A stretch of DNA of 32,000 nt, taken from an uncultured Chloroflexia bacterium (GTDB taxonomy: Bacteria > Chloroflexota > Ktedonobacteria > Ktedonobacterales > JADMIN01). Where the stretch lies: positions 480,001 through 512,000 of the forward strand of contig CAVRAI010000015.1 of assembly GCA_963718915.1 (NCBI GenBank), written 5' to 3'. Below, in pieces: positions 1 to 8,442 of the stretch (the stretch's first letter is position 1; the number at the start of each line of letters is the position of its first letter). The translations under genes and the position numbers were made by a program. The notes below the pieces were generated by a model. That model did not search any database. It was not told where the DNA came from and saw nothing but the letters and a program-made list of their open reading frames with translations.

Positions 1-1
1 G

Positions 2-484
2 TTCTTCGGCGCCGCGCTGGCGATTGTTAATGGTGGCGCTCGCATTCTCTTCGCCGCCAGCCGCGAGGGCGCGCTGCCTCGCTGGCTCGCATGGACGCAC
101 CCGACGCGCGGCACGCCGGTCGCGGGCGTGGCCATGCTCTGCGGCATCGGGCTGGTCACAGGGTTGGTGCTTGGGTTGTTCCTGTCGCCATTCGATGCCT
201 TCGCCTTCCTGGGCACGATTGACGCGATTCTTGTCCTGCTGATCTATGTCCTGGTGAATATCGCCTGCATTCTCTTCTTCGCGCGTAAACGTCGGGCGCA
301 GTTCAGCCTGCTGCGCCACGGCATCATCCCGGCGCTGGGGCTGCTTATCACCGCTGGCATTGTCGCTGCGGCAATGGCCTCGCCTGCAACCGGGGCGTTG
401 AGCTATATCCCGATCATTGTCGCGGTCTGGCTGGCGCTGGGGCTGCTCCTGCTGCTCATTACAAAGGGCAAACTGGCGAGATAA
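2..484 (+). CDS. APC-superfamily amino acid/polyamine permease, C-terminal portion (5' end outside window)
   Basis: The frame of ORF 128..484 stays open back to nt 2 (FFGAALAIVNGGARILFAASREGALPRWLAWTHPTRGTPV...), a motif typical of APC permeases. Several hydrophobic TM stretches and a short basic tail (KGKLAR) follow. Confidence 0.7.
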   Translation, partial: FFGAALAIVNGGARILFAASREGALPRWLAWTHPTRGTPVAGVAMLCGIGLVTGLVLGLFLSPFDAFAFLGTIDAILVLLIYVLVNIACILFFARKRRAQFSLLRHGIIPALGLLITAGIVAAAMASPATGALSYIPIIVAVWLALGLLLLLITKGKLAR

Positions 485-543
485 CGTCCGCTGAGCGAGT
501 CGTTCGCGCCGTGTTATCATGACGGTGGGATGCGCTCTCTTGA

Positions 544-607
544 GTCCGCGTAGGCGGACTTTGTGGCCGAACGCTTGTGAGGTCATTCAGGCGCGGTTTT
601 AACCGCC
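544..607 (+). repeat. Dispersed hairpin repeat, family A, copy a
   Basis: GTCCGC-GTAG-GCGGAC hairpin (544-559), then TTTGTGGCCG...TTCAGGCGCGGTTTTAACCGCC. The same architecture recurs at 16369-16423, 16599-16655, 16947-17001 and 31958-32000. Confidence 0.75.
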
Positions 608-633
608 AGCGCCGCGAAGGTGGTTCACTACCC

Positions 634-2016
634 ATGGCGACGGACGAGAAAACCTCCACGATGCGGCACGCCGAGGTAGGCATCGTCGGCGCGGGGCTGG
701 CCGGGCTGATGGCGGCGCGCCAGCTTGTGGCGGCTGGCGTCTCCGTCTGTGTGCTGGAGGCGCGCGACCGTGTTGGTGGCCGCACCTGGACACGTCCCGC
801 CAGCGACGGCACGCTGATCGATCTCGGCGGCCAGTGGATCGGCCCGACGCAACAGCGGATGTATCGGCTGGCGACGGAACTGGGCGCGGAGACGTTCAAG
901 ACCTGGGATATCGGCAACAACGTCCAGTATCACGCGGGCGAGCGGCTCGTCTATTCCGGCGCAATCCCGACGGCGGACCGACTGGTGGCGGGCGATGTGA
1001 TGGAGGCGATGCTCAACCTCAATATGATGGCGATGCAGGTTCCGCCCGACGCCCCCTGGACCGCGCCCGAGGCGGCGACATGGGACGCGCAGACGTTTGC
1101 CACCTGGCTCGATGCCAATGTCACGACTCCCGGCGCGCATGCCTTGCTCGAGCTGGCGATTCAGGCGGTCTTCTCCGCCGAGCCGCGCGATCTCTCGCTG
1201 CTCCATGTGCTCTTCTATATCCGCTCCGCTGGCGGGCTGGTAGATCTCATCGGCGTGACGGGCGGCGCGCAGGAGACGCGCTTCATCACGGGTGCGCAGA
1301 CCATCGCGAATCGGCTGGCCGAGGCGTTGGGCGAGCGTGTTATCCTCAACGCGCCGGTGCATCGTATCAGTCAGGATGCTAGCGGCGCGCGTATCGAATC
1401 TGATGCGGTAACCCTCACCTGTGATCGAGTCATCGTGGCCCTGCCGCCGACGCTGGCCGGACGCCTGCGCTACCGTCCGGCGCTGCCCGGCCTGCGCGAT
1501 CAACTGACGCAGCGGATGCCGATGGGCACGGTCATCAAGGTTCATTGTGTCTATCCGACGCCGTTCTGGCGCGACGAGGGGCTGACAGGCCAGGCATCGA
1601 GCGACACAGGCGCGGTGCGAGTAACCTTCGACAACTCGCCGCCAGATGTCCGCCGTGGGGTCTTGCTTGGCTTCATCGAGGGCGACGAGGGGCGTCTCTG
1701 GGGCCAGCGTAGCCTCGAAGAGCGGCGCCGCGCCGTGCTGGAGTCTCTCGTCCGCTACTTCGGCGAGCAGGCGGGCCAGCCGCAGGACTACATCGAACAG
1801 TCATGGGCGGAGGAAGAGTACACACGCGGCTGCTATGCGGGCTACATGCCGCCCGGCGTCTGGAGCATGTATGGCACAGCGCTCCGTACGCCGAATGGGC
1901 GCATCCACTGGGCCGGAACCGAGACAGCCACCGTCTGGAACGGCTACATGGAGGGCGCGGTGCAGTCAGGCGAGCGCGCCGCCGCTGAGGTATTAGCGGC
2001 GCTGGGCAAATCGTAG
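634..2016 (+). CDS. Flavin-containing amine oxidase (monoamine oxidase family)
   Basis: N-terminal FAD dinucleotide-binding motif VGIVGAGLAGLMAARQL...VCVLEARDRVGGR, and C-terminal WAGTETA...GYMEGAVQSGERAA typical of flavin amine oxidases. ATG 634 is preferred over GTG 577 because 577-607 lies inside repeat A. Confidence 0.85.
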   Translation: MATDEKTSTMRHAEVGIVGAGLAGLMAARQLVAAGVSVCVLEARDRVGGRTWTRPASDGTLIDLGGQWIGPTQQRMYRLATELGAETFKTWDIGNNVQYHAGERLVYSGAIPTADRLVAGDVMEAMLNLNMMAMQVPPDAPWTAPEAATWDAQTFATWLDANVTTPGAHALLELAIQAVFSAEPRDLSLLHVLFYIRSAGGLVDLIGVTGGAQETRFITGAQTIANRLAEALGERVILNAPVHRISQDASGARIESDAVTLTCDRVIVALPPTLAGRLRYRPALPGLRDQLTQRMPMGTVIKVHCVYPTPFWRDEGLTGQASSDTGAVRVTFDNSPPDVRRGVLLGFIEGDEGRLWGQRSLEERRRAVLESLVRYFGEQAGQPQDYIEQSWAEEEYTRGCYAGYMPPGVWSMYGTALRTPNGRIHWAGTETATVWNGYMEGAVQSGERAAAEVLAALGKS

Positions 2017-2050
2017 GCAATGGCGAATAGGCGCATAAGGAGCGGATGAT

Positions 2051-2410
2051 ATGGCAACGGCTGAGGAACTGCGCGATGCGCTGGACGACTACCTGGTGCG
2101 CGCGCAGGCGAGCGAGCGGGTGCGGCGCACGCTGAAAAACTGGGACTGCGTGATGCATCTGGAGGCGACGGATATTGGCGCAACCTATACGATGACGGTG
2201 AAAGACGGTGCGGTGGCCTCGGTGGAGGATGGTCTGCGCGGCGCCGCCGATCTGGTGATTCAGGGAAAGAGTGAAGACCTGACCAATATCTTCTGGGGCG
2301 ACGAGAACCCTGCCTCCAACTACATGCAGGGGGCCATCAAGGTGCTGGGGTCGCAAGAGGATGTGATGAAGCTCGACGCGATGGCAATGTTCATTTATCT
2401 GGGCCAGTGA
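2051..2410 (+). CDS. SCP2 sterol-binding-domain protein
   Basis: 119 aa. The pattern ...DLVIQGKSEDLTNIFWGDENPASNYMQGAIKVLGSQEDVMKL resembles the SCP2 C-terminal helix/loop signature. AAGGAG lies upstream of the ATG. Confidence 0.65.
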   Translation: MATAEELRDALDDYLVRAQASERVRRTLKNWDCVMHLEATDIGATYTMTVKDGAVASVEDGLRGAADLVIQGKSEDLTNIFWGDENPASNYMQGAIKVLGSQEDVMKLDAMAMFIYLGQ

Positions 2411-2609
2411 GCGACTCCCCGTATGTCTGCGTAGATGTCGTAGCCCACATTGCGGCGTCAACTCTCCAACTGGGCGGTAGCTTCACCCGTAGACGGTATG
2501 AGGAAAGTGATATAGACTAGGGGCCGGTCGCGCGAACATGAGCGCGCAGGCGCATATCGCCGCATATCCAGTACATGATGACATATTTTTGGAGAGGGGA
2601 CACGCTGCC

Positions 2610-2972
2610 ATGGGCATGCTGAACACGCTCGGCGGGGATCTGATACGGTTTATTCGTCACGCCATCTGGGACATGATGCGCGCGGGCCTGATCGCGATGA
2701 TTATCGGCATCATCATTGCCGAGGCGGCGGGTTTCTTCCTCGTCAAAGACTGGCCCACCAGCCTCTTTGTGCATGTGGCCACGGCTGCCTTCGCCATCAC
2801 GCTGGGCTACGCGGCCTCGATGACGGCGGCGCTCATCGAGCTGATTCGCGGGCTGGCGGCTGCCTCCTCGCATATTGACGACGTGGTGAAGGATGTGCTC
2901 TCCGGCGGCGTCAACGTGATCGACGCGGTGGTCGATGCGGTCGATGGCCCCAACCGCCACGGCATCAAGTAA
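2610..2972 (+). CDS. Small integral membrane protein, unknown function
   Basis: GGAGAGGGGA (2591-2600) precedes ATG 2610. Two hydrophobic helices (LIAMIIGIIIAEAAGFFLV; VATAAFAITLGYAASMTAALI). A terminator follows. Confidence 0.6.
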   Translation: MGMLNTLGGDLIRFIRHAIWDMMRAGLIAMIIGIIIAEAAGFFLVKDWPTSLFVHVATAAFAITLGYAASMTAALIELIRGLAAASSHIDDVVKDVLSGGVNVIDAVVDAVDGPNRHGIK

Positions 2973-2993
2973 GCCCCATCCCTTCAGTCTTGG

Positions 2994-3023
2994 CCCCTCG
3001 TCTATTCGGCGAGGGGTTTTTCT
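2994..3023 (+). terminator. Rho-independent terminator
   Basis: CCCCTCG (2994-3000) pairs with CGAGGGG (3010-3016) and is followed by TTTTTCT. Confidence 0.7.
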
Positions 3024-3117
3024 ATGCGCGCTTACCTGCTATACTGCTGATGCTTGGCATGAGTGGCGGGTGGGCAACATCGGTATAGGGGTGTCTGTAA
3101 GTTGAGGAGCCAGGGAT

Positions 3118-4050
3118 ATGACAGATATAAAGCTCTTTCGTGTTGGCAATGACAGCGCTCAAGAGTTGATAGGCTCCTCAGTTGCGATTGAGAAGACGCT
3201 TCAGTCCCTTATAGAGAGACATCTTGATTCATTGCTTGCCGTGCGTTTTCTGGCTTCGGAATACGCCACAGGAAAAGCTCACGGCGGGCGTATTGATACG
3301 CTCGGTATAGACGAAAATCACTCACCTGTGATTATCGAATATAAGCGTGCCATCAATGAAAATGTTATCAACCAGGGTCTCTATTATTTGGATTGGCTAT
3401 TGGATCACAAGGCAGAGTTTATGTTGCTGGTAATGCGCCAGTTCGGTGCGGCCGAATCCGAAGCAATTGATTGGCGATTCCCGCGCCTACTATGCATTGC
3501 TGCTGATTTTACTCGTTATGATCAGTACGCCGTTCAACAGATCAATCGTAATATTGAGTTAATCCGCTACCGCCGTTATGGAGATGAACTGCTCCTGTTG
3601 GAAATGGTCAACACAGTCAAGGAGCAGCCTATTGAGGCAGAAGGTGTCGAACATAACGGTAATGGACAGAAATCTAGCCAGCGCAGTGGATCGTACAGAA
3701 GTGTCACTGAACTCTTAGCCACTGCTGGACAAGAACAGCAGGATCGTTTTGAAGAGATCAAAACATTCCTAATGGCGTTGGGGGACGATGTACAGTTCAA
3801 TGCCCTTCTCTACTACTTTGCCTTCTGGCGTATCAAGAACTTTGCCTGTGTTGAGATTCATCCTCAAACCAAAACAATCCTGGTCTACGTCAAAGTTGAT
3901 CCCGATTCTATCACTCTCGAACCGGGATTCACGCGTGATGTGCGCAGTATCGGCCATTTTGGTACAGGTGAACTGGAGATCAAGATGCGTTCTGACGAGG
4001 ATTTAGAGCGTGTCAAACCTCTTTTGATTCGGAGCTACGAGACAAGCTAG
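3118..4050 (+). CDS. NucS/DUF91-like PD-(D/E)xK nuclease with DUF5655-like C-terminal domain
   Basis: GGRIDTLGIDENHSPVIIEYKR fits the D...(D/E)xK nuclease core as seen in NucS C-terminal domains. GAGGAG RBS at 3104-3109. Extended -10 TGCTATACT at 3037-3045. The gene is markedly AT-richer than its flanks. Confidence 0.7.
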   Translation: MTDIKLFRVGNDSAQELIGSSVAIEKTLQSLIERHLDSLLAVRFLASEYATGKAHGGRIDTLGIDENHSPVIIEYKRAINENVINQGLYYLDWLLDHKAEFMLLVMRQFGAAESEAIDWRFPRLLCIAADFTRYDQYAVQQINRNIELIRYRRYGDELLLLEMVNTVKEQPIEAEGVEHNGNGQKSSQRSGSYRSVTELLATAGQEQQDRFEEIKTFLMALGDDVQFNALLYYFAFWRIKNFACVEIHPQTKTILVYVKVDPDSITLEPGFTRDVRSIGHFGTGELEIKMRSDEDLERVKPLLIRSYETS

Positions 4051-4086
4051 TATTTGGGCTACCCTCATCCAGAAACTATTCTCCCG

Positions 4087-5196
4087 CTAGCCTTCGCTCA
4101 GAAAACGTCCTAATCGGCGGCTACGACCAGCATGAGAGAGAATATCCGTGCTGTCCGCGAACTGGTCCACCGCGCCGACAAGGCCGTATTCGGCAATGAT
4201 ATGTCGTAGCTCTTCATCGCGGATCGTCGCCGAGAGGGCATTCGCGAATCGCTCGGCATGAATCACGCGATACGGGCGGTCGTGGTAGCGTCGCGGTGTT
4301 GGGTCGAGTGGATCGCTGAGGGCGAGCGCGTTCTGCAATCTCGCCACAGCTTCATACGCTTCCGCAAGTTGCGCTTCTCGTTCCGGCCAGGTTGAGGCGG
4401 CCAGGACAGCCGTGAGTCGTGACCCAAGCTGCCCGGCGCATGCCAGGCGCGTGAACGCCGTGCCCAACCATTTACTGTAAGGAGCGTAGCGGCGCTCTAG
4501 CAGGAAACAGAGGCGCATCACATCGCGCACGAGTCGTGTGGCGACGATTCGCGACCCCAGTTCGTCGCCGACATCGCCACAGCGTCCGACGAACGCCTCC
4601 TCCTGCGAGACACGCTGCCATTGGGCGGCTAGCCGGTAGACCCAGACATCGTGGGGATAATAGCTCAGCCGCTGGCGTAGCGGCGTTAGTTGTCCCAGGC
4701 CATCATGGTAAGCCGCTCCCGCCGTCACCTCCAGCAGCTTCTGCTCTGGAAACGTCAACCAGTCGCGCGCGCTCATAGAGTCGAGCGACCTGACACCAAG
4801 CTCCCACTCCAGAAAGTCGGCCACCATCATCACCGAGATGTGGTGATTGATCTGGCCTGGCTCCCCTGGTTCAAGATGGCGGACGCCACCGCCTCCTCCA
4901 CCTGGCTCGCTAAAGTTGGTCGGGTAGCCCCGAAAACGAGGCGGCAGCTCGCGGCTGAACGTTTCGCTCATGGCGTGATGAAGCGCTGGATAATCCTCCT
5001 CGCTGAGAAAGATGAGAAGACGCGGCCCCCATTCGTGGTCGGTGGATAATTCGGTGTCGTAGCCGAGCACATCGGAGCCGTAGCCGATCAGCCCCGCCGA
5101 GTAGATGACATCAGGAAATCGGGCAGCCAGTAGCGGCTGGATGATCTCAAGGTAGAAAAGCCTGTTGAGTTCCAAACCGGGCATGAAATGATTCAT
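4087..5196 (-). CDS. DUF4037-type (nucleotidyltransferase-like) protein
   Basis: GLIGYGSDVLGYDTELSTDHEWGPRL resembles the DUF4037/NTase-fold family signature. ATG 5196 (MNHFMPGLE) is preferred over 5301 because a perfect minus-strand TATAAT (5245-5250) lies inside the longer ORF. Confidence 0.6.
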   Translation of the reverse strand: MNHFMPGLELNRLFYLEIIQPLLAARFPDVIYSAGLIGYGSDVLGYDTELSTDHEWGPRLLIFLSEEDYPALHHAMSETFSRELPPRFRGYPTNFSEPGGGGGGVRHLEPGEPGQINHHISVMMVADFLEWELGVRSLDSMSARDWLTFPEQKLLEVTAGAAYHDGLGQLTPLRQRLSYYPHDVWVYRLAAQWQRVSQEEAFVGRCGDVGDELGSRIVATRLVRDVMRLCFLLERRYAPYSKWLGTAFTRLACAGQLGSRLTAVLAASTWPEREAQLAEAYEAVARLQNALALSDPLDPTPRRYHDRPYRVIHAERFANALSATIRDEELRHIIAEYGLVGAVDQFADSTDILSHAGRSRRLGRFLSEG

Positions 5197-5357
5197 TGCC
5201 AAAACCTTACCGCTCGTAAGCCTGTCATGCTTGCTAGCAGCTACATTATAGAGCGCCGATTGGGTATGATACCGCCGTGTGGAATGTATCCGTCTGGGCA
5301 TGGGACAGGAAACACTCGCTGAGCAGGGGAGCTAATCGGTGACGAGAGGAGATCACT

Positions 5358-6017
5358 GTGACGAGCTGTCAGTGTGAAGGTATCGAGGCGTGTTTCAATC
5401 CGCGACTCGCCGCCCAGGAACTCAACCACTATCGGCGGAAGGGCGCGGCAAAATCAACCCGCCGCCTCATCGCCGCGCTGGAGGCCGAAGGCGTCGCCGG
5501 GATGACGCTGCTCGATATTGGCGGCGGTGTGGGCGCCATTCCCCATGCGTTGCTACGCGACGGCGTGAATACCGCGACCACGGTGGATGCTTCGACGGCT
5601 TACCTCGATGTGGCGCGCGATGAGGCGCAGCGGCGCGGCCTGAGTGACCGCATGCGCTTCGAGCACGGCAACTTCGTCGAGCTTGCGCCAGACATCCCAC
5701 CCGCTGACATTGTCACGCTTGACCGCGTGCTCTGCTGCTTCGACGACATGACGGCGCTGGTGAGCGCATCGGCGGCGCGGGCGACCCATCTCTACGGCCT
5801 CGTCTATCCGCGCGCCTTCTGGTTGCTGCGCGCCTTCACCAGGATACACGCCGGGTTTGCGCGCCTCATGGGCAATCAGATGCGCTTCTTCGTACATGCG
5901 CCAGCGGCAGTAGACGCTATCGTACGCGGGCAGGGTTTCGAGCGACGCTTTTACGATACCGTTGGCCTGTGGCAGGTTATCGTCTATGCGCGAAGCTCTT
6001 CTGGACCTATCGGCTAG
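5358..6017 (+). CDS. Class I SAM-dependent methyltransferase
   Basis: Motif I LLDIGGGVGAI. GAGGAG at 5347-5352 precedes GTG 5358. Substrate unknown. Confidence 0.75.
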   Translation: MTSCQCEGIEACFNPRLAAQELNHYRRKGAAKSTRRLIAALEAEGVAGMTLLDIGGGVGAIPHALLRDGVNTATTVDASTAYLDVARDEAQRRGLSDRMRFEHGNFVELAPDIPPADIVTLDRVLCCFDDMTALVSASAARATHLYGLVYPRAFWLLRAFTRIHAGFARLMGNQMRFFVHAPAAVDAIVRGQGFERRFYDTVGLWQVIVYARSSSGPIG

Positions 6018-6107
6018 CATATCGCGGCTATGGCAACAGACATACCGCGCGCGCTTCAAGTGGGTGTCTGGCCGCTGGAATTCCGCGAATTTCGTAGCGT
6101 GCGGCAA

Positions 6108-6136
6108 TTGACGACGGCCTGTGCAACAGGTATACT
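6108..6136 (+). promoter_or_regulatory. Near-consensus sigma70-type promoter
   Basis: TTGACG (6108-6113), a 17-nt spacer, then TATACT (6131-6136). It stands out in GC-rich sequence and has no ORF with an RBS directly downstream. Confidence 0.5.
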
Positions 6137-6142
6137 GGGAGC

Positions 6143-6906
6143 ATACCGAAGGGCCTGCGGAAATTTACGCCTGTGGAGGTGGTCCCCGGATCACGACATG
6201 ACGGTGTTAGACACATGACACGTACTTTACAGGGTAGTTATGTGCGTTCGTCAGCCCAGGAATCCCCCGGCGCAAGCCGGGGGAGTGGCCAAATTGGGGT
6301 AGTGGCATCTGTCGCGTGTAGGAAGCAACCAACGCAGCGGGTCACGGGGAATCCTGCCGGAGCGCACGAACCTCCATGCAGCCCCCACATCCCCATAGTG
6401 CTGGATGCGTCCTCGCTGGTCGCTGGTGGTTCTCCGGGCAACGTCACACATTTGGCTAAGTCCTGCTTGTCGGGTCTGGCTGCGTGTCGGCGCGCTCCGG
6501 CGCCCTGGTGTCCGCGGATGTCACGATTCGGATGAATGGCCATCGTCTGTGATGGATGGCGAGCATCTGTGAGATGTGCGCCGCTGTCCGCCCGGTGACA
6601 TACCCGACAATGGCGTCGTGGTACGCGCGTCTGGGTCGGTACACCGGCGCCAACCCCTCCCTCGCTCCGCATGCTTCCATCTCGGCGCCGCTGGCACGCT
6701 CTTGGTCTGGTTTTGACGCAACCCTTCCGTCGCTGTCCCGGAGATGATGCCGTGAGGACAGCTCTGGGCACAGAGCCATTGTTCGTGCATGGCTGATGTC
6801 CCAAGCGCGCACAGACCCTCGCATGTTCTTGCCTGTACGTTCTCAAAACGGCCGTTCTGTAGCCACACGACAGACGGCCGGAGTGACGACCTGTCGTTGT
6901 TCTTTT
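6143..6906 (+). ncRNA. Candidate large structured non-coding transcript or long 5' leader (class unknown)
   Basis: The stretch starts after the 6108-6136 promoter. It contains a perfect 8-bp hairpin with a GCAA tetraloop (6264-6283) and ends at hairpin ACGACAG/CTGTCGT (6867-6897) followed by TGTTCTTTT. All overlapping ORFs are Arg/Pro/Cys-rich with no RBS. Confidence 0.3.
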
Positions 6907-7604
6907 AGTGGATGTTTAGAACACAGGGGGCTATCGTGGATACTCAGGATCAGGCGCAGGGCGCTGCTGATGACGTCACTATGGACAATTCGCCGACTGA
7001 AGATCTGCCCATAGCGGATGAGTCGCTTGCAAGCGCCGACACGGACGGTGGTGTGGATGCGGGGGCGTCGCCAGAGGATGGCGCAACGAGTGATGAGCTG
7101 GAACAGGAAGCCAGTTCGGATGGGTCGGGTGATGACGGGTATGTTGTCTCTGCTATGGAGGTTGAGGCAGCGGGTGTCGAGGAGACGACACCCGCGGACA
7201 GCGCCTCCGATGGCGAGGATACCGTGGTAGCCGGGGATGACGCGCCCGACGCAGCGGATGCCAGCGCGGTAGAAGCCGATGGCGCGGCGTCAGACGAAAC
7301 CGAGAGCGTCGCCGCGATGAGCAGCGCGGGCGAGGATACTGTAGTAGCGATGGGGGTAGCGGAGGTTTCATCTGATGATGACGCCGTCGCCGCCGATGCG
7401 GACGAGGATACAGCGGAGGACGCCGCCGTGTCGGATGATGCCAGCGATGGTGCTGATGCCGATGTCGAAGCGAGCGCCAGCGAGGCGGGCGTTGTGGCTG
7501 ATGCGAGTGACGCTGACAGCGAAAGCGCCGCTGAGGCGGAAAGCGACGTTGCTCCAGACTTTTCTGACATGGGCGACACTGCTGCCATGATGTCGAGCGC
7601 CGAC

Positions 7605-7648
7605 GCTGGTGAGCTGGTGATGCTGGTGATGCTGGTGATGCTGGTGAT
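7605..7648 (+). repeat. 9-nt tandem repeat GCTGGTGAT (AGD), 4 full copies plus one 8-nt copy
   Basis: An 8-nt copy at 7605-7612, then full copies at 7613, 7622, 7631 and 7640. Confidence 0.9.
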
Positions 7649-7747
7649 GACGTTTCGGCGGATAGCGGCGCCGATGCGGGCGATAGCGGCGCCGATGCCA
7701 GCGGCGATATGCCCGATGCAGCCGACGCGGGAGCGTCCGACGCCGAG

Positions 7748-7921
7748 GATACGATGGGTGGAGAGGACACCTCGCCCCCAGAGACGATGGGCGCGTCTGA
7801 TACGGTTGCCCCGGAGACAATGGGTGAATCGGATGAGGTTGCGCCTGAGACCATGGGCGCCGCCGACGAGACGGCCCCGGAGACAATGGGTGGATCCGAC
7901 GAGGTTGCCCCCGAGACGATG
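7748..7921 (+). repeat. 33-nt (11-aa) tandem repeat ETMGxSDxVAP, about 5 copies
   Basis: Copies at 7781, 7814, 7847 and 7880. A degenerate copy lies at 7748 and a partial copy at 7913. Confidence 0.85.
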
Positions 7922-8442
7922 AGCGATTTCAGCGACTCAGGTACACCTGACGCTGGTTCCTACATGGCCGAGGCGACCGACACCTCCGACGCGACTGACA
8001 CGACTGACGCATCCAGCGCCATGGCTGTGGATGAGTCAGAGCCGGTTGACGACGCCTCGGCTGAGGCCAGCGCCGATGACGTAGCATCCGATGATGGCGT
8101 GTCGGCTGACGCTGAGGCCGATGCTGGCTCCGACGTGTCCACAGATGCGCCCGAAGATGCGGTAGACGATGGCGACGCGAGCGCCGACGCCAGCGCGGAT
8201 GCGGATGTGGCAACGGATTCCGCCGACGCCGCGCCTGCCGACGATACCCCCTCCGCGGCGGATGAGGCGACACCTACCGCATCCAGCCCGAGCGAGCATC
8301 CCGCTGTGGCCGAGGTTTCCAGTATGTTTGACAGCATTCTGAGCAAGCTGCGGTCATTGCTGGGACGCCAGCCAGATGACGGGTCTGTCTGACAATTAGC
8401 GCGCGCAATACCAAGTCTGGCTGGATTGTTGTCTATCGAACG

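Larger units (their letters stand above)
6936..8392 (+). pseudogene. Hyper-acidic low-complexity protein (~485 aa if repaired), split by a 1-nt frameshift at 7611-7613
   Basis: AGGGGG at 6925-6930 precedes GTG 6936. The D/E/A/S/T-rich frame runs to 7610, then the same composition continues in the frame of ORF 7709..8392, which is open from 7613. The first copy of the GCTGGTGAT repeat lacks its final T. Confidence 0.7.

Noticed and set aside
6238-6868. Long minus-strand ORFs (202, 122 and 115 aa) as protein genes or a decayed transposase
   Set aside because: They are Arg/Pro/Cys/His-rich and mutually overlap in all frames. They have no RBS and no recognisable motif, which is typical of spurious ORFs in GC-rich non-coding DNA.
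6240-6900. ORF-less group II intron (GTGCG at 6240, GNRA hairpin nearby)
   Set aside because: I could find no domain V-like 34-nt AGC...GNRA...hairpin or bulged-A domain VI near the 3' side on either strand, and there is no intron-encoded protein.
6143-6906. RNase P RNA, tmRNA, SRP RNA or 6S RNA
   Set aside because: Hallmark strings are absent on both strands: GGAAAGUCCGG and ACAGAACCCGGCUUA for RNase P, the tRNA-like CCA end and tag ORF for tmRNA, and the GGAA-capped helix 8 motif for SRP.
6950-7588. Ser/Ala-rich 212-aa ORF on the minus strand
   Set aside because: It is the antisense reading of GAx/GCx-rich acidic codons. The sense frame has an RBS and continues coherently for ~1.4 kb.
7605-7650. 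Programmed ribosomal frameshift in the acidic gene
   Set aside because: There is no slippery heptamer, and a -1 slip would land on TGA (7610-7612). The pattern is exactly a one-base deletion in a 9-nt repeat.
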